Shown: piece after piece, positions 28,976-42,262 of the stretch
How the letters are laid out: every line of letters begins with the position of its first letter
Numbering within the stretch: position 1 is the first letter of the stretch
Assembly (NCBI GenBank): GCA_964016885.1
Contig: OZ024744.1
Coordinates: 8,370,001-8,434,000, forward strand
DNA length: 64,000 bases
Source: Eledone cirrhosa
Lineage: Eukaryota
Direction of reading: 5' to 3'
The notes under the pieces: generated by a model
Told to the model about the DNA's origin: nothing
Databases searched by the model: none
What the model saw: only the letters and a program-made list of their open reading frames with translations
Program-made: the position numbers and the translations under genes

Positions 28976-29786
28976 TCAATAAATCTAACTAAAAATGTGT
29001 GTGGTGAGGTCATTAACAATAATTCTCTTAATAAACATCAGGATGCATCCTATAAAAACAAAAAACAATAGCGAAACCGTAATAGACGAGTTACTTGGTA
29101 TAATGCTCCATTTAATTTACAAATTAAGGATAAAATACCTAAAAAATTATTTAATATCCTAGAGAAAAACTTCCCGCCAAACCACAAATACCATCAAATC
29201 TTAAATAGATCAACGGTTAAATTCTCCTAAACAACAACCAGAAACATAAAACAAAATATAAGTGCCTATAATGCATATAAATGTAAAAAAAACCATGAGT
29301 ATACCACCAGTACATCAAACTAACCATAATATCTCCTCAGATACAGGATTCACGAAAAGTTGTAACTGTAGAAACAAGGCAAACTGTCCATTAAAAGGAA
29401 ATTGCCTTGTTAATAAGATAGTATATAAATGTAAAGTTAACACTAAGGACTCAATTTATTCATATATAGGAGCTACCTCTAACAAAGTTAAGGTAAGATT
29501 TAATACCCACAAACATAGTTTTAAAAATGCCGCACTAGCTAATACAACATCTCTAGCTGAAATAATTAATAGTTATAGAAAGAGGAATATAGATTATGAC
29601 CTGACCTGGAGTGTGCTCAAAAGGGCCACCCCTTATCAAAATAGTAGATATGAATGTAGATTATGTTCCCAAGAACTTTTTGAAATAATGAAATCTAAGG
29701 ATATCCTATTAAATAAGCGACAGGAATTAATAATATCGTGTAATCATAAACTGAAAAAAACCTTTAAATATTATAAACCTAATTAA
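28972..29786 (+). pseudogene. Inverted duplicate of the PLE GIY-YIG region
   Basis: Nearly identical to the C-terminus of 27400-28975, with small indels and a stop. Confidence 0.9.
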
Positions 29787-30962
29787 TATACACTTTAGAA
29801 ATTAATATATAAACTATTTTTAATTTAGTTAACCTATAATTAAAATTCTACTACTGATGAACTACATAATTCTGCTTTAAATATTATAAACCTAATTAAT
29901 ATACACTTTAGAAATTAATATATAAACTATTTTTAATTTAGTTAACCTATAATTAATATTCTACTACTGATGAACTACATAATTTTGCTTTCCTTCTTAC
30001 AAATATCATTTCCTAAAACTGATACCATTAAGTAAACATATATAATGCTTTAACTTCAGGTTATGACTCTGTGTTCCTTGAAAACTATATATATTTATTA
30101 TTTCTCACTAATAAATTAAATTCCCCCCCCCCAATAATTATATGTATATGTAAGTGTGTATGTGTGTATATATATATATATGTATGTATGTATATATGCA
30201 TGTATATGTGTATATATATATATATATATGTGTATATATATATATATATATGTGTGTGTATATGTGTGTGTGTATGTGTATATATATGTATATATATATA
30301 TATATATATATAAGTATATATATATATTATTTTTATATTCTTTTAATCTCCCCGCATCTTTAACAGCACTTTTCAACTGCATCTAACTCTTATTTATCAT
30401 ATCTATATGTATTAGTATAATTTTATCAATATAAATATACCCATCAATTAAATTAATTTATATTCTTTTCATAGATGTATTTTTTTCACTAACATTCTTA
30501 TCGTCAAACTTTAGTCACCTTAGATATTTGTATTGGCATTACTATTTTATAACAAAAACTGCTTGTATACCTTTTACTGACCACCTGACCTATTTTCACC
30601 CCTAAAATAAGCTTCAATTACTACTATTTTACCATTTGGCCAATTATTAACTTTCTATTGGTTAATTCTAAACCTCTTACCAAACAGACAGAATATATTA
30701 GATCTTTGTTGGTTTTATTCAATGAACAAATAAAATTATTTCTGAGGTCAGCATAAGACCTATTTCTTCCCTAAAATAATCCTTCATTCATAATATTCTT
30801 TTCCATCCAAAACTGAAATCTACCTTCCTCTACCCATAATTGAAGGTTATTCTACTACTATATTACTATCTTGACCCACACCATCTCTCTATTGGTCAAT
30901 TCAAAACCTGTTCCCAAACAGACCCATAGTATTGAATCTTTGTTTTTTTCAATAAACAAATA

Positions 30963-31106
30963 TCATTATTTCTGAAGACAGCATATATATGTGTAGGTAT
31001 GTATATTCCCTCTGATAGTTTGTATAAATATTGTACATAGATCTTTAGAATATGCATACCAACTCTAACACACATATATATCCTAGAAACGATCGTAAAA
31101 TGATGA
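30963..31106 (+). ncRNA. Type I hammerhead with ~105-nt stem II; mirror at 26089-26230 (-)
   Basis: 9-bp stem I TCATTATTT/AAATGATGA, CTGAAGA, nested helices TATATATGTGT/ACACATATATA and GGTATGTATATTC/GAATATGCATACC, GAAAC-GATC-GTA. Confidence 0.8.
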
Positions 31107-31293
31107 ATTTTTTTTAATATAAGGAACTGTTTCTTTGTTTATTCATTATTTTATTAATTTATCTTGACTCTGTTTTCCGTTTATTTTTCACCGAAAGTAG
31201 TTTTTGGATGCATCTTCTCTTTTCATGATATCCGGATTACATTGAGTTCTTCATACGGATTGGACACTACCGTAAACTTTTGGTAGATTTATC

Positions 31294-31648
<355 letters not shown>

Positions 31649-31709
31649 CTATATATATATATATATATATGCTATTTTAATAAATTTATATATATATTTG
31701 TATATATAT

Positions 31710-31855
31710 ATATTTATTAAAATAACAGATTAAAGTTTAAGCAAAGAATCGCTGCTTTCACCCTTAACGGGATCTTCTGAAACTTCAGAAGATCCCGTTA
31801 AGGGTGAAAGCAGCGATTCTTTGCTTAAACTTTAATCTGTTATTTTAATAAATAT
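31710..31855. repeat. Perfect palindrome, ~72-bp arms, 2-nt loop, centred on an HHR-like motif
   Basis: Right arm begins TTCAGAAGA-TCCC-GTTAA-GGG-T-GAAAGC; arm fragment recurs at 51072-51123. Confidence 0.85.
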
Positions 31856-31957
31856 TTGCGCTACGGTTCTTATATATTTGATATAAATCTATCCTTATCG
31901 AGCCCTCTTTGGATTTTAGTTTTCTAATTTATTATTATTACTATATACATATATATA

Positions 31958-31991
<34 letters not shown>

Positions 31992-32817
31992 CATACTTAA
32001 TATAAACATGTGTGTGTGTGTATACACACTTAGTAGATACATGTGTGTATACATACTTAATATAAACATGTGTGTGTGTGTATACACACTTACATATATA
32101 CATGTGTGTGTGTTTACATATTTAATATAAAGATGTGCGTGTGTGTGTACATTTCAATGTCAATAATGAATTCTTATTTGATTTACATGTTCACTTTCCG
32201 CTCACCTCTCCATTCATTCACTCATTCGCTCTCTCATTCATCTGTTCATCAATCTATTGATTTATACACAAAGTGGTTAGTCCTTTCTAGTTTGGATATA
32301 TTTCCGTTTGTGTACAAACTTGTGTGCATGCGTGTGTGGGTGTATGCGTCTACGGGTGTGTCTATGTGCATGCATATCTGTATGTGTGCATCTGTGTGCA
32401 TGTGTGTGCGTGTGTATGTATGCGTGTAAACGTGTCTGCATTTCAAAGCTGTGTGTATATATATATATGTGAGTGTATGGGGGGATATGTGTGTGTGCAT
32501 GTGTGTATGTGTGTGAGGGGATATGTGTGTGTGCATGTGTGTGTCTGTGTGTGTGTTTGAAAGCTTTTTTCCGTTTTGATGAGGATGGAGAATTCCCCCA
32601 TTTAAACGCCTGTGATAATAGCCAACCGTAGCAGATATAGCGTCCTAAATATAACTCCAGTCCAACTCCATGTCCTTCCTTTTACAATAGAGCTCTAGTT
32701 GTCTATTTTTATAAAATCCTGCTACAATGTCTTATTGATCCAAACACGTTCGCTGCTCACTTTTCTATTTCTCTCAACTGCAAATTTCAGCCAGGAATGT
32801 TTACAAACAAACAAATA

Positions 32818-32883
<66 letters not shown>

Positions 32884-32889
<6 letters not shown>

Positions 32890-33250
32890 CATGTACACGT
32901 ACATACATATATGTATACAGACGTACAGTAGTATGTATATATATATACATACATGCACACATATATATATATATGTACGTATATTTATTATAATGCTCGG
33001 TGTGTTTGTAAACAAACATCCCGTATTAAGCCGTAGTGTCTAGAAACCATCGTTGCTCGTTTGTTCAACACTGAGAAAGGAATGCTGTACTAGTTTCAAG
33101 CTTATTAGCTATCGTCAGTAACGTATACCTTCCTGCCAGATGGTTGAACGTCTGAAAGTATATACTTTCCTTATTCATATTAACGGATTGCTGAACGTAT
33201 ATACTTACCTTGATTGCCAGATTGTTGAACGTATATACTTACCTTATGCA
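32884..33250 (-). mobile_element. ORF-less HHR repeat (retrozyme-like), same family as 22405-22905
   Basis: High identity to 22476-22860 in permuted order. Confidence 0.65.
33082..33124 (-). ncRNA. Minimal type I hammerhead ribozyme
   Basis: CTGACGA-T-AGCT(AATA)AGCT-T-GAAAC-TA-GTA; palindromic ACTAGT stem III; imperfect stem I. Confidence 0.7.
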
Positions 33251-33292
33251 TATTTATGATATAATTATATATATAGAGAGAGACAGTGATAA

Positions 33293-36017
33293 GTTTCTTT
33301 ATTAGCCACAAGGGCACAAAAGAAGGAGACAAATACAAATGGAGACAAATACAGGTATATGAACATAAAACTATTAATAAAATAACAAATAACAATTGAA
33401 ATACCCAATAGGGGGGAGGCGTTACACAGGGGTTGCACACACCGCGAAAAAATGTACAACCCTCATCTCCGGGAGCACCAAGAGTGAGTACTCCCTTCCT
33501 CTCTTCCTCTTTTTCCTCATTCTACAGGCTTATATAGAGAGAAGGCCCAACCACTGGGGCCATCTTTGCCACATTCACCCACCTTTTATAAAAGTTGCTG
33601 GGGTACAGCACCTCTCTCACCATCCTGATTCTTCTTCCAAATGATATTTGAAAAAACGAATCAGTCGTTCGCCAGAGAGAAAGGTGTCTGACCTCAGCCC
33701 TTTTAACCTCGTCCACCATATAACCTTTCACCATAGATATAACACATAGGAAAACCGCCTCTCCCTCGTTTTTAAAGGAGGGTGGCGGTTTGATCATGAC
33801 AATGGACTCGGTGGTCAACTGGATTGGTCCCACTCGTGACAATAGTCGTTCTACATTGCCCCACAGGTCTGTAACGCCCGTGAAGTGTACAAATGCGTGC
33901 GCAAATGTTTCCTCGTCGCGCACGCATCTCGGACAGATCTTTTTGGCGGGGTCCCTCCCCGAGCGCTCGTGTCTGTAGAGCTTGTCTCGAACTGGTAGAG
34001 CTCCTCGGTAGCACTGGCAGGCCAGGGACTTTTGGAAGTTGTCCATTGGTACCGGGCGGAAGGTCCTACCGAACAGACTGGCCAGTTCGTCCTCCTCTAC
34101 GCCCAGAGTTTCTCCGAGCGTGTCGTCGTACTTGCTGCGGACCAACCCTCTATAGAATGTCGAAGTGAAGTCTCCACTGATTGCCGGGTCCGTTAGCCAG
34201 AGGACTGTGAGCGCTTGAGCACATTCGATGTGCCAGTCGTCCATTTTTCTCGGTTTTTGCTTGACCCAGGACAGCAGCTTGTTCAGCGAGACAAGTCGTG
34301 GGTATGCTTGCCTCACTCGGGGCCCACACCGGTTGTCCGGTGAGAAATACGTGAAGGTGCCGCAGCCTGAGCGCGTGTTTACGCATCGTCAGCCACGGCA
34401 ACCCCAGCCCTCCGTTTGAAGGGTGTTGGCAGCAGATGGATCTTCTCACCAAAAGAGCCCGTTTCTTCCAAAGGAATTGGAAGAGTGCGCGCTCCATTTT
34501 GGTGAGCGTTTTGGCTGGACAAGGCACGACGGTCAAGCGGTAGTAGATGACGGACGCTATAAAAGTGTTCTCCACCTCCGCTTGAACTTTCAAGGATAGT
34601 TTGCACTCTGCCCACTTCTGGGTGAGTGCAAACACCTTGGCCGTCACCTTGTTCAAGTTCTTCTCCACCTGGAGGTCCGAACCAAACCAGACCCCGAGTA
34701 GCTTTACCGGTCCTTCCGTCCATCTCCCGACGACGCCATCGGAAGGCATCGGTTTGCCTCTCCACGTTCCGAGTTGCAAACCAACGGATTTGTCCCGGTT
34801 CAACTTCGCTCCTGTGAATCTTTCGTATTCCTTCAGTTAGCTGGCGACCTCCCCGATTTGCGAGGTGCTCGACACCATTACCGTCACGTTGTCGGCGTAG
34901 ACCGACGCCGCTTTTCGCCGTCCCGGTTTCAAAGGGATGCCCTGCAATAGCTCCAACTGCCACAGTAGTGGCTCGAGAGTCAGTACGTACAGAAGGGAGG
35001 AGAGAGGGCATCCCTGTCGGATGGATCGCGTGATATGGCTCCGAGAGGTAGCCGTTCACCTTGACCCTTGAGCAGATGTTGTTGCTGTGCATTGTAGCAA
35101 TCCAGCCCCTGAAAACGGGTCCGAAGCCTGCCGCCTCGAGCACGGCATCCAGGTAACGATGGTCAACCCTATCGAAAGCCTTAGACTGATCCAAGTTTAT
35201 CAAGGCCCCACCGAAGCCTGGTTTACACCCTACCCTCTCTATGATGTATCGCATGAGGTGGAGGTTGTCGTGTATGGACCTGGTCGGGATTGTGCATGTC
35301 TGCGCTTCTCGCACCAGGTTTTCCACGACAAGCGCCAGGCTCTTTGCCAACACCTTGGCCAACATCTGTAACTCTGTGTTGATAAGAGTTATGGGCCGGA
35401 AGTTACCTATGCCATCCCCCCTGTTCTCGTCCTTCCTGACTAACGTGATTACGTCCTTGGTCACAGAACTGGGAATTCTCCCGTTCTGCTGCCAGTTGCA
35501 GTAGACCGCTTCCAGGAGAACAGAGAACAAGTCCGTCATTGCTACGTAAAATTCGTAGGGTAGACCGTCGAGACCTGGAGATTTGCGTTTGCCGCATTGG
35601 CTCAGCGAGACCCCCAACTCAGCGGCCGAAATCGGCCTTTCGCAGAACTTTGCCTCGCTGTCCGAGAGTCGCAGTAGGCCGTCGAGGTATGGACCGAAAA
35701 TCATAGCCCCTCCCGGCGCGGCGCCCTGCCCGAACAGTTGATCAAAGTGCCGCTGAAAGGCCGCGCACATCTGATTCGGCTCACGTATCACGCGTCCGTC
35801 TTGGTCCTTCAAAGACTGAATGGTGGTCTTGTTGCCACTTTTCGCCTCCGTCACTCGGGTCCAGCTAACAGCTTTGGTTCCCTCGTTTCCCAGAGCACGT
35901 ATTTTGCTTCTGACAACGCAGCCTTCATGCTTTGCGTCGAAGAACTGTTCCAAGGATGTTTTCGTCGCTAGCACGCTGGCTACGTTGCCACTCCTAAGTG
36001 TCTCTTCTACTTTATCT
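33293..36017 (-). mobile_element. Tx1/L1-clade LINE, 5' truncated ORF2, frameshifted
   Basis: KSPGLDGLPYEFY, FRPITLIN, LDQSKAFDRVDH, VKLLGVWF, GGLGLP, CPRC..EETFAH; AATAAA near the 3' end. Confidence 0.92.
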
Positions 36018-36030
36018 GATAGATAGATAT

Positions 36031-37961
36031 GTTTCTTTTATTTGCCACTAGGGCATCAAAAGTGGGACAAGTACAAAGGGGGGAGTTTACACAAAAAGGC
36101 GTCCTCAATAAGGAGGAGGCAATAACAAAATATAAAAATAAAATAAGATATAACAAAAAATAAAATTTATAACAAAATCCTCAATAGAGAGGAGGCGCCT
36201 TGGGGGCTCGCACACACCCCCGAAAAAAGTGTGCAACCCTTCTCCTCAGGAGCACAGAGAAGGGGTGCTCCCTTGGTCTTTCATCTTCCTCACCTATAGT
36301 CTGATGTAGAGTGAAGGCCCATTCACACGGGCCATTCTCGCCACTTTCACCCATCTTTCATAGAAACGGCTGGGGTGCAGCACCTCTCTCTCCATCCTGA
36401 TCCTTCTTCCGAAATGATATCTGAAGAAACGGACCAGTTATTGGCCAGAGAGAAAGGTGCCTGACCTCAGTCCTTTCAGACGCGTCCACCACACAACCTC
36501 TTTCGCCATGGCTATTACGCACAGAAACACCGCCTCTGCTTCATCTTTGAAGGGGGGAGGCGGCTTGATCATTACAATAGACTCGGTGGTCAACCGGATC
36601 GGTCCCACCCTTGACAGCAGTTGTTCGACATAGCCCCACAGATCGGCTACGCCCGAGCAGTGTACCAATGCGTGTGCAACGGTTTCCTCGTCGTACACGC
36701 ATCTGGGACAGATCTTTTTGGCGGGTCCCTACCCGGGCGCCCGTGTCTGTAGAGCCTTTCTCGAACGGGTAAAGCCCCTCGGTAGCACTGCCAGGCCAGG
36801 GACTTCTGGAAGTTGTCCATAGGTTCCGGGCTGAATGTCCTACCGAACAGGCTGGCCAGTTCGTCCTCCTCCATGTCTAGGGCTTCTCCGAGGGCGTCGT
36901 CGCACCTGCTGCGTACCAGCCCTCTATAGAATGTTGCGGTGGAGTCTCCACTGATAACCGGATCCGCCTGCCAGAGGGCGGTGAGCGCCTGGGCACACTC
37001 AGTGTGCCAGGCGCCCAGTTTTCTCGGTCTTTGCTTGACCCAGGATTGCAGCTCGGTGAGTGAGACGAGTCTGGGAAAGGTTCGTCTCACAAACGAGGCC
37101 CACACCGGTTGTCCGGTGAGGAATACGTAGAGGTGCCGTAGCCTTAATGCGTGTTTACGCATCATTAGCCACGGCATCCCCAGCCCTCCTTTCGAAGGGT
37201 GTTGACAGCAGATGGATCTCCTCACCATAGGAGCCCCCCTCTTCCAAAGGAATTGGAAGAGCGCGCGCTCCATCTTGGTGAGGGTTTCCCTTGGGCAGGG
37301 CACTACGGTCAGGCGGTAGTAGATGACGGACGCTATGTAGGTGTTCGCCACCTCCGCCCGACCTTTCAGGGATAGTTTGCAACTGGCCCACTTCTGGGTC
37401 AGTGCAAACACCCTGTTCGTAACCTCCGCCCAGTTTTTCTCCACCTGGAGGTCCGGTCCGAACCAGACCCCGAGCAACTTCACCGGGCCCTCCGTCCAGC
37501 GTCCGACGACGCCATCGGAGGGCATCGGTCTGCCCCTCCACGTGCCGAGTTGCAAATCGATCGACTTGTCCCGGTTCAGCTTAGCCCCTGTGAACTTTTC
37601 GTACTCCTCCAGTAAGGTGCCGACCGCCTCGATTTCGGAGGCCGTCGACACCATTACTGTCACGTCATCGGCGTAGGCCGATACCGCTTTCCGCAATCCC
37701 GGTTCCAAAGGGATGCCCTGCAACAACTCCAACTTCCGCAGTAGTGGCTCGAGAGTCAACACATACAGAAGGGAGGAGAGAGGGCACCCTTGTCGGATGG
37801 ACCGCGCGATTTTGAACGGCTCCGAGAGGTAGCCGTTCACCTTGACCCTAGAGCAGATGCGGCTGCTGTGCATAGCAGTGATCCAGCCCCTGAAAACGGG
37901 TCCGAAGCCTGCCGCCGCTAGCACCGCATCCAGGTAACCATGGTCGACCCTATCGAACGCC
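36031..37961 (-). mobile_element. Second Tx1/L1-clade LINE copy, head-to-tail with the first
   Basis: RQGCPLS, AYADDVT, KLLGVWF; AATAAA followed by (TATC)n. Confidence 0.92.
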
Positions 37962-38019
37962 TATCTGATAGATAGATAGCTAGATAGAGAGAGAGAAAAA
38001 AAGTGAGAGGGAGGATAAG

Positions 38020-38381
38020 AAAATGCGAAGTAGTTTCAGATGTTAAAGTTCTTTATTGATAAGGCTGTGATGCATATTTCAATGACGATAGAGGCCACGC
38101 GGTTCCGCGTACCCAACGCCAGGTTCTCATCTTACATAATTAGGTTACGTTCCCAAGGCAATATAAATTGAAACGACAAGGCCGCGAGTGAAGGCTTCGA
38201 GAGCATCACCTTCGTCTGTTCCCTTGTCGTTTCAAGTTGGATTACCTCGGGGCATAACCTTATTATATAGGAAGCTCTCTGATGAGCTCATGGCACTGGG
38301 TATGCGGAATCGCGTAGCCACTGTCGTCATTAAAGGACTTATCAATAAAGGACGTTAACATCTAAAACTACTTCGCATTTT
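38020..38381. repeat. Old ~360-bp imperfect fold-back with complementary HHR remnants
   Basis: Arms pair end to end (e.g. TTGAAACGACAAGG/CCTTGTCGTTTCAA); right arm keeps CTGATGA, left arm (-) keeps GAAAT-ATGC-ATC-ACAGC. Confidence 0.75.
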
Positions 38382-40099
38382 TTAAATTCTAAATATACTA
38401 CGTCATTTCTATGTGGAAAACGTACGTTGAGTGCTTGATTTGGGTTGCATCAAAGTTTACCGTAAAGATTTAGCTCCTAAATGTTGAGCACTTTATAGTG
38501 TAACCGATATATATGAAAAAATATATATATATACGTATATATATATATACATATATTCATACCCACGCACGATCGCACACACACACATATATATAGAGAG
38601 AGAGAGAGAAAGAGAGAGAGAGAACTGTAGATATATAGATAGATTATATGAAAGCCAAAGTGTAGAATGACCTCACAAAAATATACTAAAAAAATTATAA
38701 TTTCCTTTGATATCCAAGCTTCATCTCATTACAGGCAGCAATTTCGGCAAAGTGTTATCAACATTAGGGCAATTACAATATTACTACCAACTAGAAAACA
38801 ACCCAGTGGAGATTTAAAAAAATGAATGTTTTTGAAGTTAGCATGTTATCAAAGGATTTCATATATATCATGTCTTGTATAAATTAACATCCATGCATAT
38901 ACCTTCTCCTCCATGTTTGGCGAGTTTTACAGAGACAGTTCACAGTTATTTCCAAGACATATCCTTTCACAAAATATCAGGAGATTCGCAAAAAACTTGC
39001 AAAGATTTTTTAAAGTTTTTTGTTGTTTTCCTTAACAGAAGAACTTTCAGTAATAATTCACATCTTCGGTGTTATCCTAATTCGTTCGATATCAAATTTT
39101 CATTTAACTTTTTAAAATGAATTATATAAATTGACAATTCCAAATGCATGATCCAAATGTAGTACCAAGTATTTCGCTAGGCCTAGCCCCATAACAGAAA
39201 CCCTTCACAATGTGTACCCAAGAATAATTTGCAATTATTTTTTCCAAACTCTGGTTTCGCAATCTAGTACACTGATTGGTATTATTACATTTCTCCATTA
39301 ATTTAATTTCTTCTATAGAGAAAAGCCACAACAGTAACTGAAGTTACACTCTATTGAAATAGTAATTTCCTATATATCTTAAGAAATATCGATTTCCTAA
39401 AACTAATTTTGAATCTTAAATTTTTTACTCTACGTAGCAGCCTTTGCAAACACACCCAATCATAGGTTAAACATAACGTGAAATGTCAAAACCATCTAAA
39501 TTCATAAACATCTCCTCCCATAGCTACCATTTTTGAAATAGTTTCGCCAAATTATTAATACCACGAAAAACAGACATAATATTATAAACGATAATGACTG
39601 GAAAGTTCCATAGTGCTTTTCTTTTTCTTTTTTGGGGGGGCTCTGTTTAGTTAAACAATTTTCTTTAAAAATGGAAATACATAATCGATAATGTTGTTGC
39701 TGCTTTACAAAAGGAAAGTATTATTACGACTAGAACGTATTTTGTGATAGGTCAGGTCAATAAAGAGGATTCTAATGGTCAATCGACCCGCTAGATATAA
39801 CAAGTAGATCTCCCTCGTTCTTCCCAAAACAAGTAGAATTGTCAAAGCTCCTTCATCTGCTCAGTCAAGGTGTGGTATTTGTGGTTGTGTGTATCATATC
39901 GGACCTTATCGATTTGACCAATTTTAAAATTTCACACTTGTGTATACACATTTCACACTTGTGTATACCAAGGACTATATTATCTATTATGCATTTCAGT
40001 TTTCAAAAAAGATGGTTTAGTTAAACAATGACAAAAACAACTAACGAATTTGCATTCATTGTCATTTATAGAATTGTTTCTGTTTTCAGGAGTATAAAA

Positions 40100-41560
40100 C
40101 GAGGCTTACAAAGTTTGGCTTGGAGATAAATCTTCTTTTTAGCACTCGTTGTAGAAGCAAGTTCAAAAGGTCACAACAGAATCAATTAAGTTCACGATAT
40201 GGGAAGACTTTGGAGTTAAGCCGGAATCCGACTTTAGATCAGCAAATAAAGTATTCTGGCAGACCACCCACCGATATCGTAATACGAAGGTCCACACCAC
40301 GTCTGTTATCTGGAACTTATCTGTGGCTCTTCTCTCTGAAGAGAAGAGCATCTTCGCGAAGTGGGTGGAGAGAATGTTTTACTGATCTAAATCCGGTACA
40401 TCTTCTGATGTACACGGGGTATAGCTGGTAGAGATGACTAACATCACGGCATTTGAAGCCAAAATAGCAATTAAGGAGCTCAAATGTGGCAAAGCCCCTG
40501 GGGAAGATGAAATTCGGCCAGAAATATTAAACGCCTAAATAGAGAAGGTATTCTCTAGCTGTCTCGTGTGTGGCGGATGCCTGGATCTCCGGAAATGCAC
40601 CTATGTAAGAAAATCGGAAGTGATAAACCCAATTTTCAGAAAAGGAGACAAGAGAGATTATAGAGTGATCTCCTTATTAAGCCTCGTCTATAAATGTTAT
40701 GTTAAGTGCCTGGCAAAGAGATGCTAGGTGGAAACCATTCAAATGTGGGCGTCGGACTCCGCCAAGGTTGTGTACTGTCATCTCTCCTGTTTCCTAATCT
40801 TCATCAACAGGATTGACATGTGCAGCCGGGTTGGGAGTGATATGAAGACTGGTCGGTGTAGGATCAGTCGGCTGGAATTTGGAAATGACATTCCATTACT
40901 TAACTCGTTAGAAGATGATCTCCGACATACACTTGATAGATTTGCTGCCTTGTGTTGCACGGCAGGAGTAAAAATCAGTGCTGCGAAGATGAGAGACACT
41001 CGTTTTCTCAACAAAGCCTGCGCAGTGCACTCTACATCAGAATGAATAGGTGGAGAGGTTCAAGTATCTTGGGGTTGTGTTCACGAGTGATGGAAGGCAG
41101 GGGGCTGAATTAAGTCCAAGAATTGAAGGAGCTGGCGCATTACTGCACTAGCTCTAGCATTTGGTAATCAGAAGAGAGGTAGGTGTAAAAGCCCAACTCG
41201 CTACCTTTAATTCGGTGTTCGTGCCAACCCTTACCTATTGAAATGAATGTTTGGTAATAACCGAAAGTATACGATCGCGAGTACAAGTGGCCGAAATGAG
41301 GTTTCTGCGATGGGTGTTCGGAATAACTTTACTCGATAAAATAAGTTTCCATGATACCAGAGTTTCGCTCCAAGTAGAGCCGCTACTTCCCCAAAAGGAG
41401 AGATCCCAGCTCCGATACTACCGGTATGGAATTAGAATGTTTTAGGAAAAAATCGTTGGGAAGATTTTACCCCCAAAACCGAACTGGACGAGTGCATGCA
41501 GAAGAGTTTCATCTCTCTGCGCGTATCTCAGACAGCTCCGTCTGCCCACTTTCATGCTGG
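40100..41560 (+). mobile_element. Highly degenerate RTE-clade (Rex3/Expander-like) LINE
   Basis: GKAPGEDEIRPEIL, YRVISLLS, FKYLGVVFTSDG, AEMRFLR..ERSQLR. Confidence 0.8.
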
Positions 41561-41797
41561 AAGAATTTGTCTCAAATAGACAGTGCTGTATGGTAGCCAG
41601 GCTACACTGGCTCATTCGGAAAATCAGTTGGAACTGCCTGATCAGTTACTTGAGGCATTTTTATACCACACCTTCCACTTCTATCAGCTGTTCCCATACA
41701 ATCCCAGTGTGTCTAATATGCCGTTCCATTCCTTCTCTAATAGTAAATGGCGAGAATTTTCTAGAAAGACTTCCAGACGTCTGAGGAAATCCCACCG

Positions 41798-41985
41798 ATG
41801 GTGGTGGTGGTGGTGGTGGTGGTGGTGGTGGTTGTGGTGGTTGTGGTGGTGTTGGTGGTGGTGGTTGTGGTGATGGCGGTGGAGTGGTGCTGGTGGCGGT
41901 GGTGATGGTGTGTGTGTGTGTGTGTGGGTGGGAGAGGGGGGGGGGGGGGCGTAGTGTTAGTGGTGGTGGTGACGGTGGAATTAGT
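41798..41985 (+). repeat. (TGG)n / (TG)n / poly-G low-complexity tract
   Basis: Direct reading. Confidence 0.9.
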
Positions 41986-42036
41986 AATGATTTCTTTATT
42001 AACTACAAAAGCTTTACATGAAGAAAACCTTAAGGA

Positions 42037-42262
42037 TGTAGTAAGACGCCTCACGCTCCTTGATAGAACAACGCCGGTTGAGAACGCCAGAAAGAAAAGA
42101 CAGACAGCCACTGGAAAGCCGACGGATCACACGCCAGATACCAGCCTCTGTACAACACCATTGTTTGTGCTACAACAAAAAATAAACGTATATTTCATCT
42201 CTAATTTCTGCTGTTATTATGTCACTTGCATCTCGATAACACCTACAACTAATACTGCTAAA
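42037..42262 (+). repeat. LTR type A, copy 1 (TG...AA), followed by PBS TGGTGACC
   Basis: Matches 45502-45728 (-); 5' flank AGGA. Confidence 0.85.

Noticed and set aside
29850-29990. CTGATGA motifs after the PLE stop codon
   Set aside because: No stem II, GAAA or stem III follows
32575-32620. TTGATGAGGATGG...CCATTTAAAC HHR-like string
   Set aside because: Several core mismatches and no stem I
38700-39700. Apparently unique sequence with short ORFs as a possible host exon
   Set aside because: No recognisable domain or convincing splice-bounded open frame
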